Positions 28,014 through 38,700 of a DNA stretch of 39,645 nt are shown here, piece by piece. Source of the DNA: Pseudomonadota bacterium. GTDB taxonomy: Bacteria > UBA10199 > 2-02-FULL-44-16 > JAAZCA01. Each line of letters starts with the position of its first letter. Position 1 is the stretch's first letter. The stretch lies in NCBI GenBank assembly GCA_043822785.1, contig JBDRBN010000073.1, forward strand, positions 1 through 39,645. The letters are read 5' to 3'. The notes under the pieces were generated by a model that saw nothing but the letters and a program-made list of their open reading frames with translations, searched no databases and had not been told where the DNA came from. The position numbers and the translations under genes are program-made.

Positions 28014-29201
28014 TTAGCCTCTGTGCCTAGATTCAGCAGCGGGGAGAAACACGGTAAACTCAGTACCCCCAGACTCGGCTGCTTCACACACGATATCACC
28101 GCCGTGCTCCTTTACTATTCTATAGCTTATCGACAAACCCAGACCGGTTCCCTTTCCGGGCTCCTTAGTTGTAAAAAACGGATCAAAAATCTTATCTCGT
28201 AGCTCATCTGAAATACCACCGCCTGTATCGCAGACCTTGATCGCAACGGAACGTCCGTCATTAACCGACTTTGTTTCCACACTGAGCGTTCCTCCCTTTG
28301 TCATTGCATGGCAGGCATTGGTCATGAGGTTGATGAACACTTGTTGTAGCCTGTCGGGCTGTGCAATGACATTGGGAAGCGTTGGATCGCCATGAAACTC
28401 GAGCTCTACGTTGTATGAACGCATCTCGCGCTGCAAAAATGGAAAAACCTTTTCTAGAAGGATGTTCACATCCACTGTCGTACGATCGTGCTCTTGCGTA
28501 ATCCTAGAAAAATCCAGAAGGTCAGCTACGATCTTTTTGCAGCGAATTGCTGCCCTCTCGACTTCTTCAAGATCGCCCATAAGCGCCTTGTTATCAGCCA
28601 CATCTCGCTTCATGAGTTGTGTAAATGCTAAAATACCGCCGAGGGGATTGTTGATCTCGTGCGCAACGCCGCCAGCCAGCATTCCTATGGCAGCCATCTT
28701 CTCCTGCTGGATTACCTCGCGCTGTAGTCTGCGTTCCTCGGTCATATCCCTGTAGTAGAGGACAGCTGATCCCGTGGTGGTACCGGGACCGAGCGGATAG
28801 GCACACGCCTCGAATTCGCGCTTGTTTACGCGATTGCGAAGTGCTGACTCTATGCGCATCTCGCCGCCCAACGACCTTGCCAAAGGACACCCCTCACAAG
28901 GAGTATGCCGCCCTGCAAAGGACTCAAAGCATTTCTTGCCGATTATAGTGGCGATGTCCTTGCCGCTGACCGAAGCCAATGCGAGGTTTGCCCTTATGAT
29001 CTCGAATTCACCTGAGACGATCTGGACGGGCGCAGTGATGGCATCAAAGGTGGACTCCCACATGTACTTGCCGCGAGAGATAATCCCCACCAGATCTTCA
29101 AGCTTACTGGATCGATCTTTAAGAGCTTTAACCATTTTGAGGAGCTCTTCGTGATCTAAGTCCTCGAGTTCATATTCTTTTATTTTTTGTTGTTTGGGCA
29201 T
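28014..29201 (-). CDS. Cytoplasmic PAS sensor histidine kinase (NtrB-like)
   Basis: PAS with CFE...[39 protein letters not shown]; no TM segment. Confidence 0.93.
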   Translation of the reverse strand: MPKQQKIKEYELEDLDHEELLKMVKALKDRSSKLEDLVGIISRGKYMWESTFDAITAPVQIVSGEFEIIRANLALASVSGKDIATIIGKKCFESFAGRHTPCEGCPLARSLGGEMRIESALRNRVNKREFEACAYPLGPGTTTGSAVLYYRDMTEERRLQREVIQQEKMAAIGMLAGGVAHEINNPLGGILAFTQLMKRDVADNKALMGDLEEVERAAIRCKKIVADLLDFSRITQEHDRTTVDVNILLEKVFPFLQREMRSYNVELEFHGDPTLPNVIAQPDRLQQVFINLMTNACHAMTKGGTLSVETKSVNDGRSVAIKVCDTGGGISDELRDKIFDPFFTTKEPGKGTGLGLSISYRIVKEHGGDIVCEAAESGGTEFTVFLPAAESRHRG

Positions 29202-29213
29202 GGTCTATAAAAC

Positions 29214-29283
29214 CAGAAGTTAGAAGACAGAAGTGGGAAACCAGGAAATTCTCTATCTTCTGACCTCTACCTTCTAGCTTCTG
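29214..29283. repeat. Inverted degenerate heptamer arrays (YAGAAGN)
   Basis: cagaagt tagaaga cagaagt ... tcttctg acctcta ccttcta gcttctg. Confidence 0.75.
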
Positions 29284-29412
29284 CTTTTTTAAAATACAAC
29301 AAGGCTGCAGAAATGGCTAGGGATTTTTTGACGCTTCTTCATGCTTTTTTGACATTGTTTAAAAAATACACGTATTTATGACACTTTAGTGGGGTTAAAG
29401 AAACCCATAAGA

Positions 29413-29502
29413 GCGAGAAACGCAAGACACGCGAGAAAAGCGAGAAAAGCAAGAAACGTTGCTGGCCTTTCTCGCGTGTCTCGCCTATCTCGCGTGTCTC
29501 GC
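29413..29502. repeat. Inverted 9-mer arrays (5 + 5 units)
   Basis: gcgagaaac gcaagacac gcgagaaaa gcgagaaaa gcaagaaac | gttgctggc ctttctcgc gtgtctcgc ctatctcgc gtgtctcgc. Confidence 0.92.
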
Positions 29503-29561
29503 GTTGTTTGTGTTTCTACGTTTTCAAATCCAATTTCATGTGATAAACGTGATTCATTATA

Positions 29562-32186
29562 ATGATGAAGCTTAACCACTCGATACCACGACTTTTTGCA
29601 ACTGTATGCCTGTGCGCACTCATCGCTGGCTTTGGCTGCAAAAAACCGTCAGAGCAAGTATCTGAGCGCAAATCAGCCGAACCTGTGGCTTCTGCACGCC
29701 AGACCATAAGCGCGCCAACTCTTGCGCCTGAAGCATTGCCTGCTGAAAAAAAGCCGACTTTAGAACCAGAGGGCCAAAAGGAACCCTTTATGCCCCGAGG
29801 ACCGATCACACTGCCTCCATCCCCAGAGCAGGCTCCAAAGCCTTCAGCAGAAGCTGCCCCGTTGCCTGCAGAGTCTGAAACTCCACTCGCCACGCTTCCA
29901 GGAGCACCTGAAACAAAACAACCAGAACAAGAGCCTGGGGAGAAGTCGCCCATTTCAGCGCTTCCTGCACCAGAACTTCCCATCGAAACAGAAGCCAAGC
30001 CCAAAGAAGCAGAGCCCGTGCCTTATGAACCCAGACTCGTTGTGGCAAAAACAAACATCGATATCATACTCGATGCCTCAGGAAGCATGTCCGCACCGCT
30101 TGGCGCTGGGACGCAGTCTAAGTTCGATGTGCTGCGTCAGGCCCTTTATGATGTGGTGTACGAACTCATTCAACAGCAGACAGATTTTCCTCGCAACATT
30201 GCCGTGCGCCTTATGGGCTCGACTCAAGAAGCAGCTACAAACAACTGTGAGGACACAGAACTCGCTATAGGCATGGGAGATCCAAACCTCGACGCCATAC
30301 GCACCATACTCGACAAGACAAACGCACAAGGCCAAAGCCCTATTGCATATACGCTCGAAAAAGCTGTTGATGATTTTCCAAGCGGCGGAGTGGCCGACCG
30401 CGTAATAGTGCTCGCCGCAGATGGCGCAGACTCGTGCGAGGGAAGTCCGTGCGAAGTCGCTAGCGGATTAGCTGAGGATATAATCATACACGTGATAGCC
30501 TTTGACGTCGCGCCAGAGGATCAGGAGAAGTTATCCTGTATTGCGAAAAACGCAGATGGCCAATTTTTTCTCGCGCGCAATGAGGGTGAACTCAGAAGTT
30601 CACTCGACCAGGCCATAAATTCGACGATGCCTTATAACCTCAAACTCACTGCTAGCGCTGGCGGCGCACCCCTGCCCTTTAGAATTATAGTCTATAAGGT
30701 AGGCACGCAAGAGGTCGTCCGTAGTGGGGAAAGTCTTGGGACCAAGCTTCTCAGCCTAACTCCTGGCACATATGACATTCTCGTCGAATACGTAGACTCA
30801 CCTGAGAAGAAAAAACCATCAAAGATACTAAAGGGTGTTGAGGTTCTCTCAACAACAAAAGTAGAACAGACCATCAACTTTGACCTTGGCAGGGTTACAC
30901 TCACTGCCCTTGACAATGAGGGCAAACCTGTTCCAGCAAGCTTCAAAATCACAAAGGACAAGGGCGCCCAGCAAGTTGCAACCATCGAAATGGATGCTGC
31001 TTCCAAGACATTCTTCTTAGCTCCTGGCACATACGACATATCCGCAGATCTCATGGAGAGTCAGCCTGATTCGTTTTCAGTTGTCGAGAGTGGCGTTGAG
31101 ATAAAACTGGATACTGAGAACGATATCGTATTCAAATTTCAAAAGGGATCTCTATCTCTTAAAGGCCTGACTACTCAAAACCAAGCCATCCCATTTCTAT
31201 TCCAAATATATAAGGCCGGCACACAGCAACTTGTTGCCAGCGGCGCGCTTCCCAGCGAAGGCGGCTCAGTGATGCTTGCTCCGGCCAACTATGACATGGT
31301 GGTCACTGGCGAAGACCCAACGATGGTAGCAAGCCCGCGCACCAAGGTGGATGACGTCGCAGTGAAGGCGGCTGAGAGTACGGACCTCACAGTCATGTTT
31401 GAAATGGGAACGATCACACTCTCCGCTGTCGACGGAAAAGGCAACCAGCTGCCAGCTGAATTTGTAATGAAGGACCAAAAGAGCGGACTCGAGATGGCCA
31501 AGGTAAGCTCGCCCACAGGAGCGCCGATCAAAATCGATGTGCCGCCTGGCACGTATGACATCTACGCTTACAGCATAAAATCAATACTCGAACCAAAACC
31601 CTCTGTGCCAGTAAGAGGAATAACTATAACCGCTGACAAACCAACCGAGGAAATTATAAAGTTTGTACTAGGAACGCTTAGGCTGCGCGGCAGAAATGCA
31701 AAGGAACAAGCGATGCGCACTGAGTTTACGATATATCAGGCAGCATCAGATGAAATCATTGCCAAAGCCCCTCCATCAAATGCATGGATGATCTTTGATC
31801 TTGCACCTGGAGTTTACGATGCGCTCGCAGTAGACATGACTGTAGGTGCAGAGACCCACCCCATGATCTGGATAAGGGACATCAAGGTCGAGGACGGAAA
31901 GACCATAAGCCACGAAGCCATATTCACGGCAGGAAAGCTCAAGGTTATCGGTCGCGGGCCCAACAACCGCATCATCAAATCCAGTTTCAAGGTGTTCCAA
32001 TACGGTTCTGATCGAGAACTCATAAACGGCGTCAGTGGCAATGATTGGGAGATATTTGAGATAGAGCCTGGCAAATACTATATTGAAGCTAGCTACCACG
32101 ATGAGGCAGACCACGTTACGCTCAAAAAGTGGATCAACGTGGACATAGGTGAAAACGAGGTGGTGGAGCTGATCATACGATTCTAA
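29562..32186 (+). CDS. Lipoprotein: Pro/Glu-rich stalk, VWA domain, six tandem beta-sandwich repeats
   Basis: Lipobox-like GFG-C; MIDAS DASGSM...ADG; six LxPGxYD-like motifs about 85-90 aa apart. Confidence 0.85.
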   Translation: MMKLNHSIPRLFATVCLCALIAGFGCKKPSEQVSERKSAEPVASARQTISAPTLAPEALPAEKKPTLEPEGQKEPFMPRGPITLPPSPEQAPKPSAEAAPLPAESETPLATLPGAPETKQPEQEPGEKSPISALPAPELPIETEAKPKEAEPVPYEPRLVVAKTNIDIILDASGSMSAPLGAGTQSKFDVLRQALYDVVYELIQQQTDFPRNIAVRLMGSTQEAATNNCEDTELAIGMGDPNLDAIRTILDKTNAQGQSPIAYTLEKAVDDFPSGGVADRVIVLAADGADSCEGSPCEVASGLAEDIIIHVIAFDVAPEDQEKLSCIAKNADGQFFLARNEGELRSSLDQAINSTMPYNLKLTASAGGAPLPFRIIVYKVGTQEVVRSGESLGTKLLSLTPGTYDILVEYVDSPEKKKPSKILKGVEVLSTTKVEQTINFDLGRVTLTALDNEGKPVPASFKITKDKGAQQVATIEMDAASKTFFLAPGTYDISADLMESQPDSFSVVESGVEIKLDTENDIVFKFQKGSLSLKGLTTQNQAIPFLFQIYKAGTQQLVASGALPSEGGSVMLAPANYDMVVTGEDPTMVASPRTKVDDVAVKAAESTDLTVMFEMGTITLSAVDGKGNQLPAEFVMKDQKSGLEMAKVSSPTGAPIKIDVPPGTYDIYAYSIKSILEPKPSVPVRGITITADKPTEEIIKFVLGTLRLRGRNAKEQAMRTEFTIYQAASDEIIAKAPPSNAWMIFDLAPGVYDALAVDMTVGAETHPMIWIRDIKVEDGKTISHEAIFTAGKLKVIGRGPNNRIIKSSFKVFQYGSDRELINGVSGNDWEIFEIEPGKYYIEASYHDEADHVTLKKWINVDIGENEVVELIIRF

Positions 32187-35100
32187 AATTCGTACGTTTT
32201 CTCCACTCCACTGTGATGCAGGATCTGCGTGATAGCAGCCTTTACAGCAAGCACTGCAGTGTTGCGCTTTTGCTCCAAATCGAATTTTAGACCGTCTTCC
32301 GAATCAAATGTAATCTTTGCTAGGCCCAGCATGCCAAATATGCCATCATCATCTGCAGAAAGTGCGATCTCCCTTGGAACTGGAATGTTAAAGTCTTCTA
32401 GTTCAGCGAGTGCGAGTTTAAGCTTCTCTGCCAAAGCAGAAACAAGTCCTGCAGCCGGTACCGTTGTAGTGTTGCTTCCTGCAAGCGGAGTGAGCACCAA
32501 GCGCGAGTGATCTCCAAGCACTTTAATATTAATCCTAAATTTCGAATCATCAGTCGGGTCAGGTTCTATGTCTCCGATTTCGATTCCAAGCAGTACAGAG
32601 AGATCAAAGCTTATGATCTGACCATTCAAAGGGTCGGGATCATCTGGTCGCATCGAGTGGATAATCGGATTTCCGTTTGCATCGAGTTTTAGCGCAGGAT
32701 TTCCGTATTCATCTGTTCCTAATGCCTCGTCCACCTCAAGCGCATAAAAGCTAAGCCCAAGCCCGCCGATATCCACAGAAAGAAGCGAGCCATCGACATC
32801 ATCAACAGATACCCTGATCCCAAGAGCGCGGTTGCCACGCACAGCAAGAAGCAGCGGATGATTGCCGGGCAGATAACCATATGTTGTGAGCGCGCTTCCC
32901 AGAAGCTCGGATACCCGTGGCCTTATATGGCACAGCGTTGGGGGCGCTGCCTCTTCACCAGGAGGAACTTCATATGCATCACACTCTTTGACAAAATCAA
33001 AGTCCAGCTCTTTGAAGAAGAGCTCATGAATATCAAAATCCAAAATGCCTTTAGCATTGCGGCCATCGCCCTGTGCAACAGCTGCAAACAGAAACGCATT
33101 TACAGCATCCAACGATGCGGCGATGTTTACATCTCCACCGGCATCAGGCGCATCAAAGGTCCTCTCACCAAAGCCAGCCCCGGCTATAATGCCGGCGCTA
33201 TCTATGTGGTATTGCAAAGGGGTCTGTGCATATGTTTCCTTATCGCCGACCATTACACTGGCGTCCACAAGCATGCCTGATGTCGATAAATCAATGCCGT
33301 CCTTTAAGGATACAGCGATCGGAATTTTCACGTTCGGCAGAACCTTACTCCCCAACACGACCGGAGGAAGCCAAATGCCGCGCCTGGCCAATGCCGTAAG
33401 CACAGAGGATCCCTTGCAATATATAACATCATTAAGTCCATCCAATACCGTCTCGGAGAGCACTCCTGTCTGGGCATTAAGCGAATTGATCGCGTTGCAG
33501 GCCTCCACGGCCTTGCCGCCGGCAAGGCTCACGTCGCACCTTATGAATCCGCCGTAGGCATTTGCTCCGCCTATGAAGTTTGCTGGCACTAAAGGCGCAG
33601 GCTTGTTTTTGCAATAGGTGCCGTCTTTATATTCACAGTCATTATGATAACTGCTGAGAAAAAGAAGGGGCTCGCCTGCAGAAGACCTTTCATTCATAAG
33701 AGCCAAATCCAACTTTGCAGCGCGAAAAGCTATTACGAGCGGAAGAGGCGGCAAATCCTTTTGAGGAATCAGATCCAGGCCTATCTCTATATCCTTTAAC
33801 ATAACAGAGAGATTCATGGTGCCCTGATCAAATGATAGGTCCTTGAGCATTGCCTGCCCTATCTTCGGCTCTCCCCTAAGCACAGTGCTGAATTTACTCG
33901 ATGCTTCTGACGAGCAATGAGGGATAAGATCCAGCATATCGCCATTGTCTGACGATGCGCTATCATCATCGACCCCATCAAAAATTTGCTTTAACAGAAT
34001 GTTGCGTTCATCTGATGCAAGAAAATTATTGATAAAAGGAATTAGTATGTCGGTCAATGTTGCAGCAGGAAGACCAAGCTCCAAAGCAGAGGGTATCTGC
34101 ATGCCGTTATCCTCTGAAGCATACGGACTTATTATCCTGCCCCAGCCAAACGTCCATGCAAACTCATCAGTACCTGATTCTTGGGCCAAACTCACAACAT
34201 TGATTCCCTCTGTGGGAATGAGATCAATGGAATATACGCCTTGAGAATTCGGACAGAGTTTTATGGGCGCTTGTCTGTTGAACCTCACTTCGATGCATGC
34301 ATCTGAGTTCCCCAACTTAAACTTCCAAGGGATCACCGGATACTTCTCAGAGTCATAGGATGGCAAAGGCTCTGGCGACAAGAACTCTACGGAATCAGAG
34401 ACGTCAACAACGCCGCTAGCTGAAAATGAAATGCCGCTTACCTGTGGGCAAGCACTACCCTCAGAAGCCGCATTGCATGCGCGAATCGTGAGGCTATTCT
34501 TTCCTGATCCCACGGGAATTCCCACGACAAATCTGCCCTGCCCGCCCTGTGGGGCCGTGGTTGCACAGCTTATATTCTTTTGCTCGCCGTTCTCGTTGAC
34601 TATCGCGTTCTCAACAGTAACCGTCACTCCGCCAGTAGAGGCGCCTATGAAATCGCAAAACTGGCAATCGCCCAAAAGATCGACTGTCACAGTAACATGC
34701 GATGTATCAACCGACTGCACACTCTTCACGTCAGGATCAAAGGCGATGTCGTCAGCAGAAAGATCTGTGGGAATAACTCGGCTTATGCGAACCTGCCGCT
34801 GCTCAGCATTTCCTGTGAGCTGGGTTGCTGAAACCGACACAGTATAAGGCCCTTCTTCAGCTAGTTCTACAACCGCAGCAAAATATCCATCATTGTCTAA
34901 GCAGAAAGGTCTTCCAAATGATGCGCTTCCCCAGCAGCCAGACACAGCCGGACTAGATGTGTCAACTTGGGTAATCTTTTTTGTGTATTCGTTCTGGGCT
35001 ATGATCTTAATGCTCGCGAGAACCGATGATTGCCTATCGATGGTACCCTTGAGAATAAAAGATGAATCTGCGGTTCCGCCCAAAGGTGTGCTCACGCATA

Positions 35101-35389
35101 AAAAGCCAGATCCAAGATCGCATTGTGTGATCGGAGGGCTCTGAGGCACCTGGCACTTTCCCGGCACAGCAGAGCTTCCTGCTGAAAATCCACTGCCCCC
35201 ACTGTCTTCGCTATCCTCCTCTTCAGAGGAAACTTTTTCTGCAGCGCTACTTCCTATGCTTCTTGATAACCACCATTGGGCCGCACGCTTTGTAAAATCC
35301 ATGATACCTGCCTGTGATGCCATAGGCATAAAGAGAAGAACGGCAAATAGAAAGGCTGCCACAATTCTTGGAGAAACTTTCGATCTCAT
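32183..35389 (-). CDS. Large secreted hypothetical protein with paired Cys and Ig-like N-terminal region
   Basis: 1068-aa ORF; signal peptide ending SQA|G; acidic Ser/Gly linker. Confidence 0.8.
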   Translation of the reverse strand: MRSKVSPRIVAAFLFAVLLFMPMASQAGIMDFTKRAAQWWLSRSIGSSAAEKVSSEEEDSEDSGGSGFSAGSSAVPGKCQVPQSPPITQCDLGSGFLCVSTPLGGTADSSFILKGTIDRQSSVLASIKIIAQNEYTKKITQVDTSSPAVSGCWGSASFGRPFCLDNDGYFAAVVELAEEGPYTVSVSATQLTGNAEQRQVRISRVIPTDLSADDIAFDPDVKSVQSVDTSHVTVTVDLLGDCQFCDFIGASTGGVTVTVENAIVNENGEQKNISCATTAPQGGQGRFVVGIPVGSGKNSLTIRACNAASEGSACPQVSGISFSASGVVDVSDSVEFLSPEPLPSYDSEKYPVIPWKFKLGNSDACIEVRFNRQAPIKLCPNSQGVYSIDLIPTEGINVVSLAQESGTDEFAWTFGWGRIISPYASEDNGMQIPSALELGLPAATLTDILIPFINNFLASDERNILLKQIFDGVDDDSASSDNGDMLDLIPHCSSEASSKFSTVLRGEPKIGQAMLKDLSFDQGTMNLSVMLKDIEIGLDLIPQKDLPPLPLVIAFRAAKLDLALMNERSSAGEPLLFLSSYHNDCEYKDGTYCKNKPAPLVPANFIGGANAYGGFIRCDVSLAGGKAVEACNAINSLNAQTGVLSETVLDGLNDVIYCKGSSVLTALARRGIWLPPVVLGSKVLPNVKIPIAVSLKDGIDLSTSGMLVDASVMVGDKETYAQTPLQYHIDSAGIIAGAGFGERTFDAPDAGGDVNIAASLDAVNAFLFAAVAQGDGRNAKGILDFDIHELFFKELDFDFVKECDAYEVPPGEEAAPPTLCHIRPRVSELLGSALTTYGYLPGNHPLLLAVRGNRALGIRVSVDDVDGSLLSVDIGGLGLSFYALEVDEALGTDEYGNPALKLDANGNPIIHSMRPDDPDPLNGQIISFDLSVLLGIEIGDIEPDPTDDSKFRINIKVLGDHSRLVLTPLAGSNTTTVPAAGLVSALAEKLKLALAELEDFNIPVPREIALSADDDGIFGMLGLAKITFDSEDGLKFDLEQKRNTAVLAVKAAITQILHHSGVEKTYEF

Positions 35390-35407
35390 AATGTTTTGTT
35401 CCTAATA

Positions 35408-35516
35408 TGTCATCGCGAGCCCGGCACCGTCTGGTGCTGGGCGTGGCGATCCCCATGATTTCAGGAGATTGCCACGTCGCTCCCCAAAGATCGTTGGGGA
35501 GCTCCTCGCAATGACA
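35408..35516. repeat. Second GTCATyGCGAG...CTCGCAATGAC palindromic repeat
   Basis: tgtcatcgcgag ... cgtggcgatc / gattgccacg ... ctcgcaatgaca with internal sub-hairpins. Confidence 0.88.
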
Positions 35517-35722
35517 AGGTGATATCGGTAGCTAGCCAAGAAAGTTGCTAAATAAAAGGTGCAACATGTCATTTGCCTGACGCAAAACGTCGGAACGACG
35601 CATATTGCAGGCCTAACAGGCCTCATGATGATCTGCGATATCACGCAACTTTTTTCCCAATTAACCGATAAGCACTCAAAACCATATAAATACGCCGTAG
35701 TTAAACTTTATTGAGGAACAAG

Positions 35723-38700
35723 ATGATACGAGCACTTTTCATAAGCCTGGCCATAATAATGATGTCTTTGGTCACGGCATGCGCAGGTGAAGATTATACC
35801 CCCGTGTATTTTCCACCTGACGGCGGCGCAGCTGATCAGCCATCGCCTGGCGCTAGCGCAGGCACGAGACAGTGCACGCTCTCTTTTACTTCACAGCTAT
35901 GCGTTCAAATAAAAGGCGATAATATCGAAGTGGGCACCAACACAGATGATGAGCTTTGCGCTGAAGTGCCGGCCTTTCCAATACATATATCCGGAGCAAC
36001 CGTTACGCTTAACGGTAGCGAATTCCCAGATATTGAAGTTGAAGGACACGGCCTGCCGGCGCCCATTACCATAAATGGCCGCGGTGATGGAGATGGTTCA
36101 AATAATGTAGGCCAGGGAACAATCGATTCATCCGGCAATATCACCATCGAAGGTTTCTCTTTTTTCATTGTGGCTTTGGGCATAGTGGGTGAAGTGCCGG
36201 GTCTCACGCTCACAACAGGCACGACCGAAGAGCTGGATCATCTTTCAGCAATTTCAGGATCACCGCCGGACGCCAGCGGAGCAATGACATTGGTCACTGC
36301 CACTACCCTCGGCCATATAATCGAAGCAGCTGATGAGTACCTCTTAGGAGCATCGCTCACTGCAACATTCAGAGGTCAGATAACGCCTGCGCTTACACAA
36401 TGTGGAGGTGATGGTGATCGAACTATCGAGGTAAAAAAGGTCGTGATTTCATCTGACGGGCAGCAAACAGAATCAGCTCTTCCAGAAAACATGGTGATGG
36501 AAATCTCAACCGGAACCTTCATAGCTGAGACAAGTTTAGACATAGGCCCACGCTACGAAGCAAGCGCTAAATTCCGCGTAAAGAATATCGGAACAAAATC
36601 CCAGACGCTATCCATACCACCGCGCAAAGGTCCCTTTTACTTAAGCTCTGTAACCACGCCGCTTACAAGTACGCTATCGCCACAGCAGTCATTCATACTG
36701 GATGTAACATTTAAGCCTACACAGGCCGACACAACTTTTGGCAAAGCAATAGAGAACATCTCCATAGGTCCTGATCAGTTTCAACTTACAGCCATTGCCC
36801 TTAACAAGTCTGCAGATGGTTCTGTAAACATAGTGGATGAGAATGGCGACATCATCGCTCCAGAAGTAGATGATGTTGAGATCGGCGATGCCAGTGTTCA
36901 GGCAAATGCTGAGCGAAAATTCTTTTTGTGCAAAGAGATCATGTGCAATGAGATTAAATCCTACACATCATGTGGAGAATGCGCGGATCCGGCCACCATG
37001 CCTTGCGAGCTCCTTACTGTCTCTACAAAAGGAAGACCTCTTGTCGAAATTGACGATCAATGCAATCTCGTTGATCCAGATGCAGCGCCCACATACACGA
37101 TAGATCTGAAGGGCTCCACCGACATCACGCTCTCAGCCCATAAACAGGTGCTGGCAATTCGCAACATGGGCGTTACCGACTTGCAGATCACCAGCGTAAC
37201 CCTTGAAGAAGTTGAAGGCAGCAAATCCACTGGTCAATTTTCGCTCCCTGAAGAGGCGATTTTTGTGGCTGAAAGCATTGATCAGGTTGCAGAAGAGCTA
37301 TCAAAGGCATTGAGCGGCAAAGACGCTAAAGGCGTAAGTCTGCCCGTTACCCTTCCCCCTTATCAACCTGGGTTTCAGGAGACCACAGCCTTCATAGTAA
37401 TTACCTACGCGCCAGATGATCTTTTGGGCACTGATGGGGGACAAGCCGGTGTAGGAAGCAAGGTCACGGATAAAGCCGTGCTCACGATAGCTACAGATGA
37501 AGGGGATATCACGACTGAAATAACCGGCACCACGACCATAAGCGAAGCCCCTGCTCTTGAGCTTTACTTCAAAACATCCACCGGAACAAAACACGTGGAG
37601 GACAACATGTCCTTCCCGTTCCAAGGCATCACTGCACAGACCGTGGACTTGGCAGTCCCTATGTTTTTGCGCGTTGCTGATACTGCAAGCTCCACCCTGC
37701 GCATCACGTCGATATCGATTTCAGGCGAAGATGATAAAAATTTTCTGTGGCTCGACACAAAAGAAGAAATAGAATCCGTGAACCCGCCTTCCGGCAAAGG
37801 CCTTCGCTGCTCTATTCCGATCGTTGATGAGAGCACTGGAGATCTTATCGACGAGTCGTTTGATTTAAATCCCGTGTCCATAGGATCTGGACTCGATATG
37901 GCGCCCGGAGCGTATTCCACATCAACGATGCCGCTGTTCGGCTGCGTTGATTTTCATCGCGATGAAACAAGCGAGCTGGCGAAGCGCCTGTTCAAAGCAA
38001 AGCTTGAAGTGGAAGCGCTTGAACTGGATGCCAAGGGACTGCCAGCACAAAATCCGGATGGAAGCCCAAAAAAGACGTCTCTTTCAGCAAATCTTCTGGC
38101 ATCAATCGACCCCATTGCCGGCACATTTGTCTTAAGGGTCACACAGACCACGGCAGTAATTCTCAATCCTCAGTTTCCAGGACTATCCGGAATAACTTCT
38201 AAAAAGGACCTGGCGCAAAGCCTTGAAAGTGGCGAAGCAAATGCTGCTGATCTGCAGGTCTTTACAGGCGCTCTGATACTCGATCCTTTTGATGAGATGA
38301 CAATCAAATCAGCAGACGGCTTAAACACGCTGAGCACACCAAACGATGGCATAACAGGAGTATTTAGAACTGTAGATACTCATCCTGTATCTACGGCGTA
38401 TGATGAAGAGGGGCTGTTTGATTATGCAAACCTCATACACGATGGCAGCCGGGGTATAGGGCAGAAAGGAGTGTATGAGGATTATCCAAACGTGCCCGAA
38501 GATATGCGCGCAAACGGATGGCGCATTTACACATCGACCCTTTCATATCCAGGACCGATGGCTCCACAGGAAAAAATGCCACACAATCCATCTGACTGCG
38601 TAGTTATAAATCCCTGTGACACTGAGGAGCTTAAGCTCTTTACCGAGGCAGGCGTTGGATCAGGCAAAGGCGCGTGCGCCTTCTTTTACGCGAGCGGCGG

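Noticed and set aside
35575..35625. c-di-GMP-I riboswitch-like words (gcaaaa-cgtcg-gaa-cgacg, ggcctaa)
   Set aside because: No separate GACGCAAAG junction or convincing P3; an Rfam scan would be decisive.
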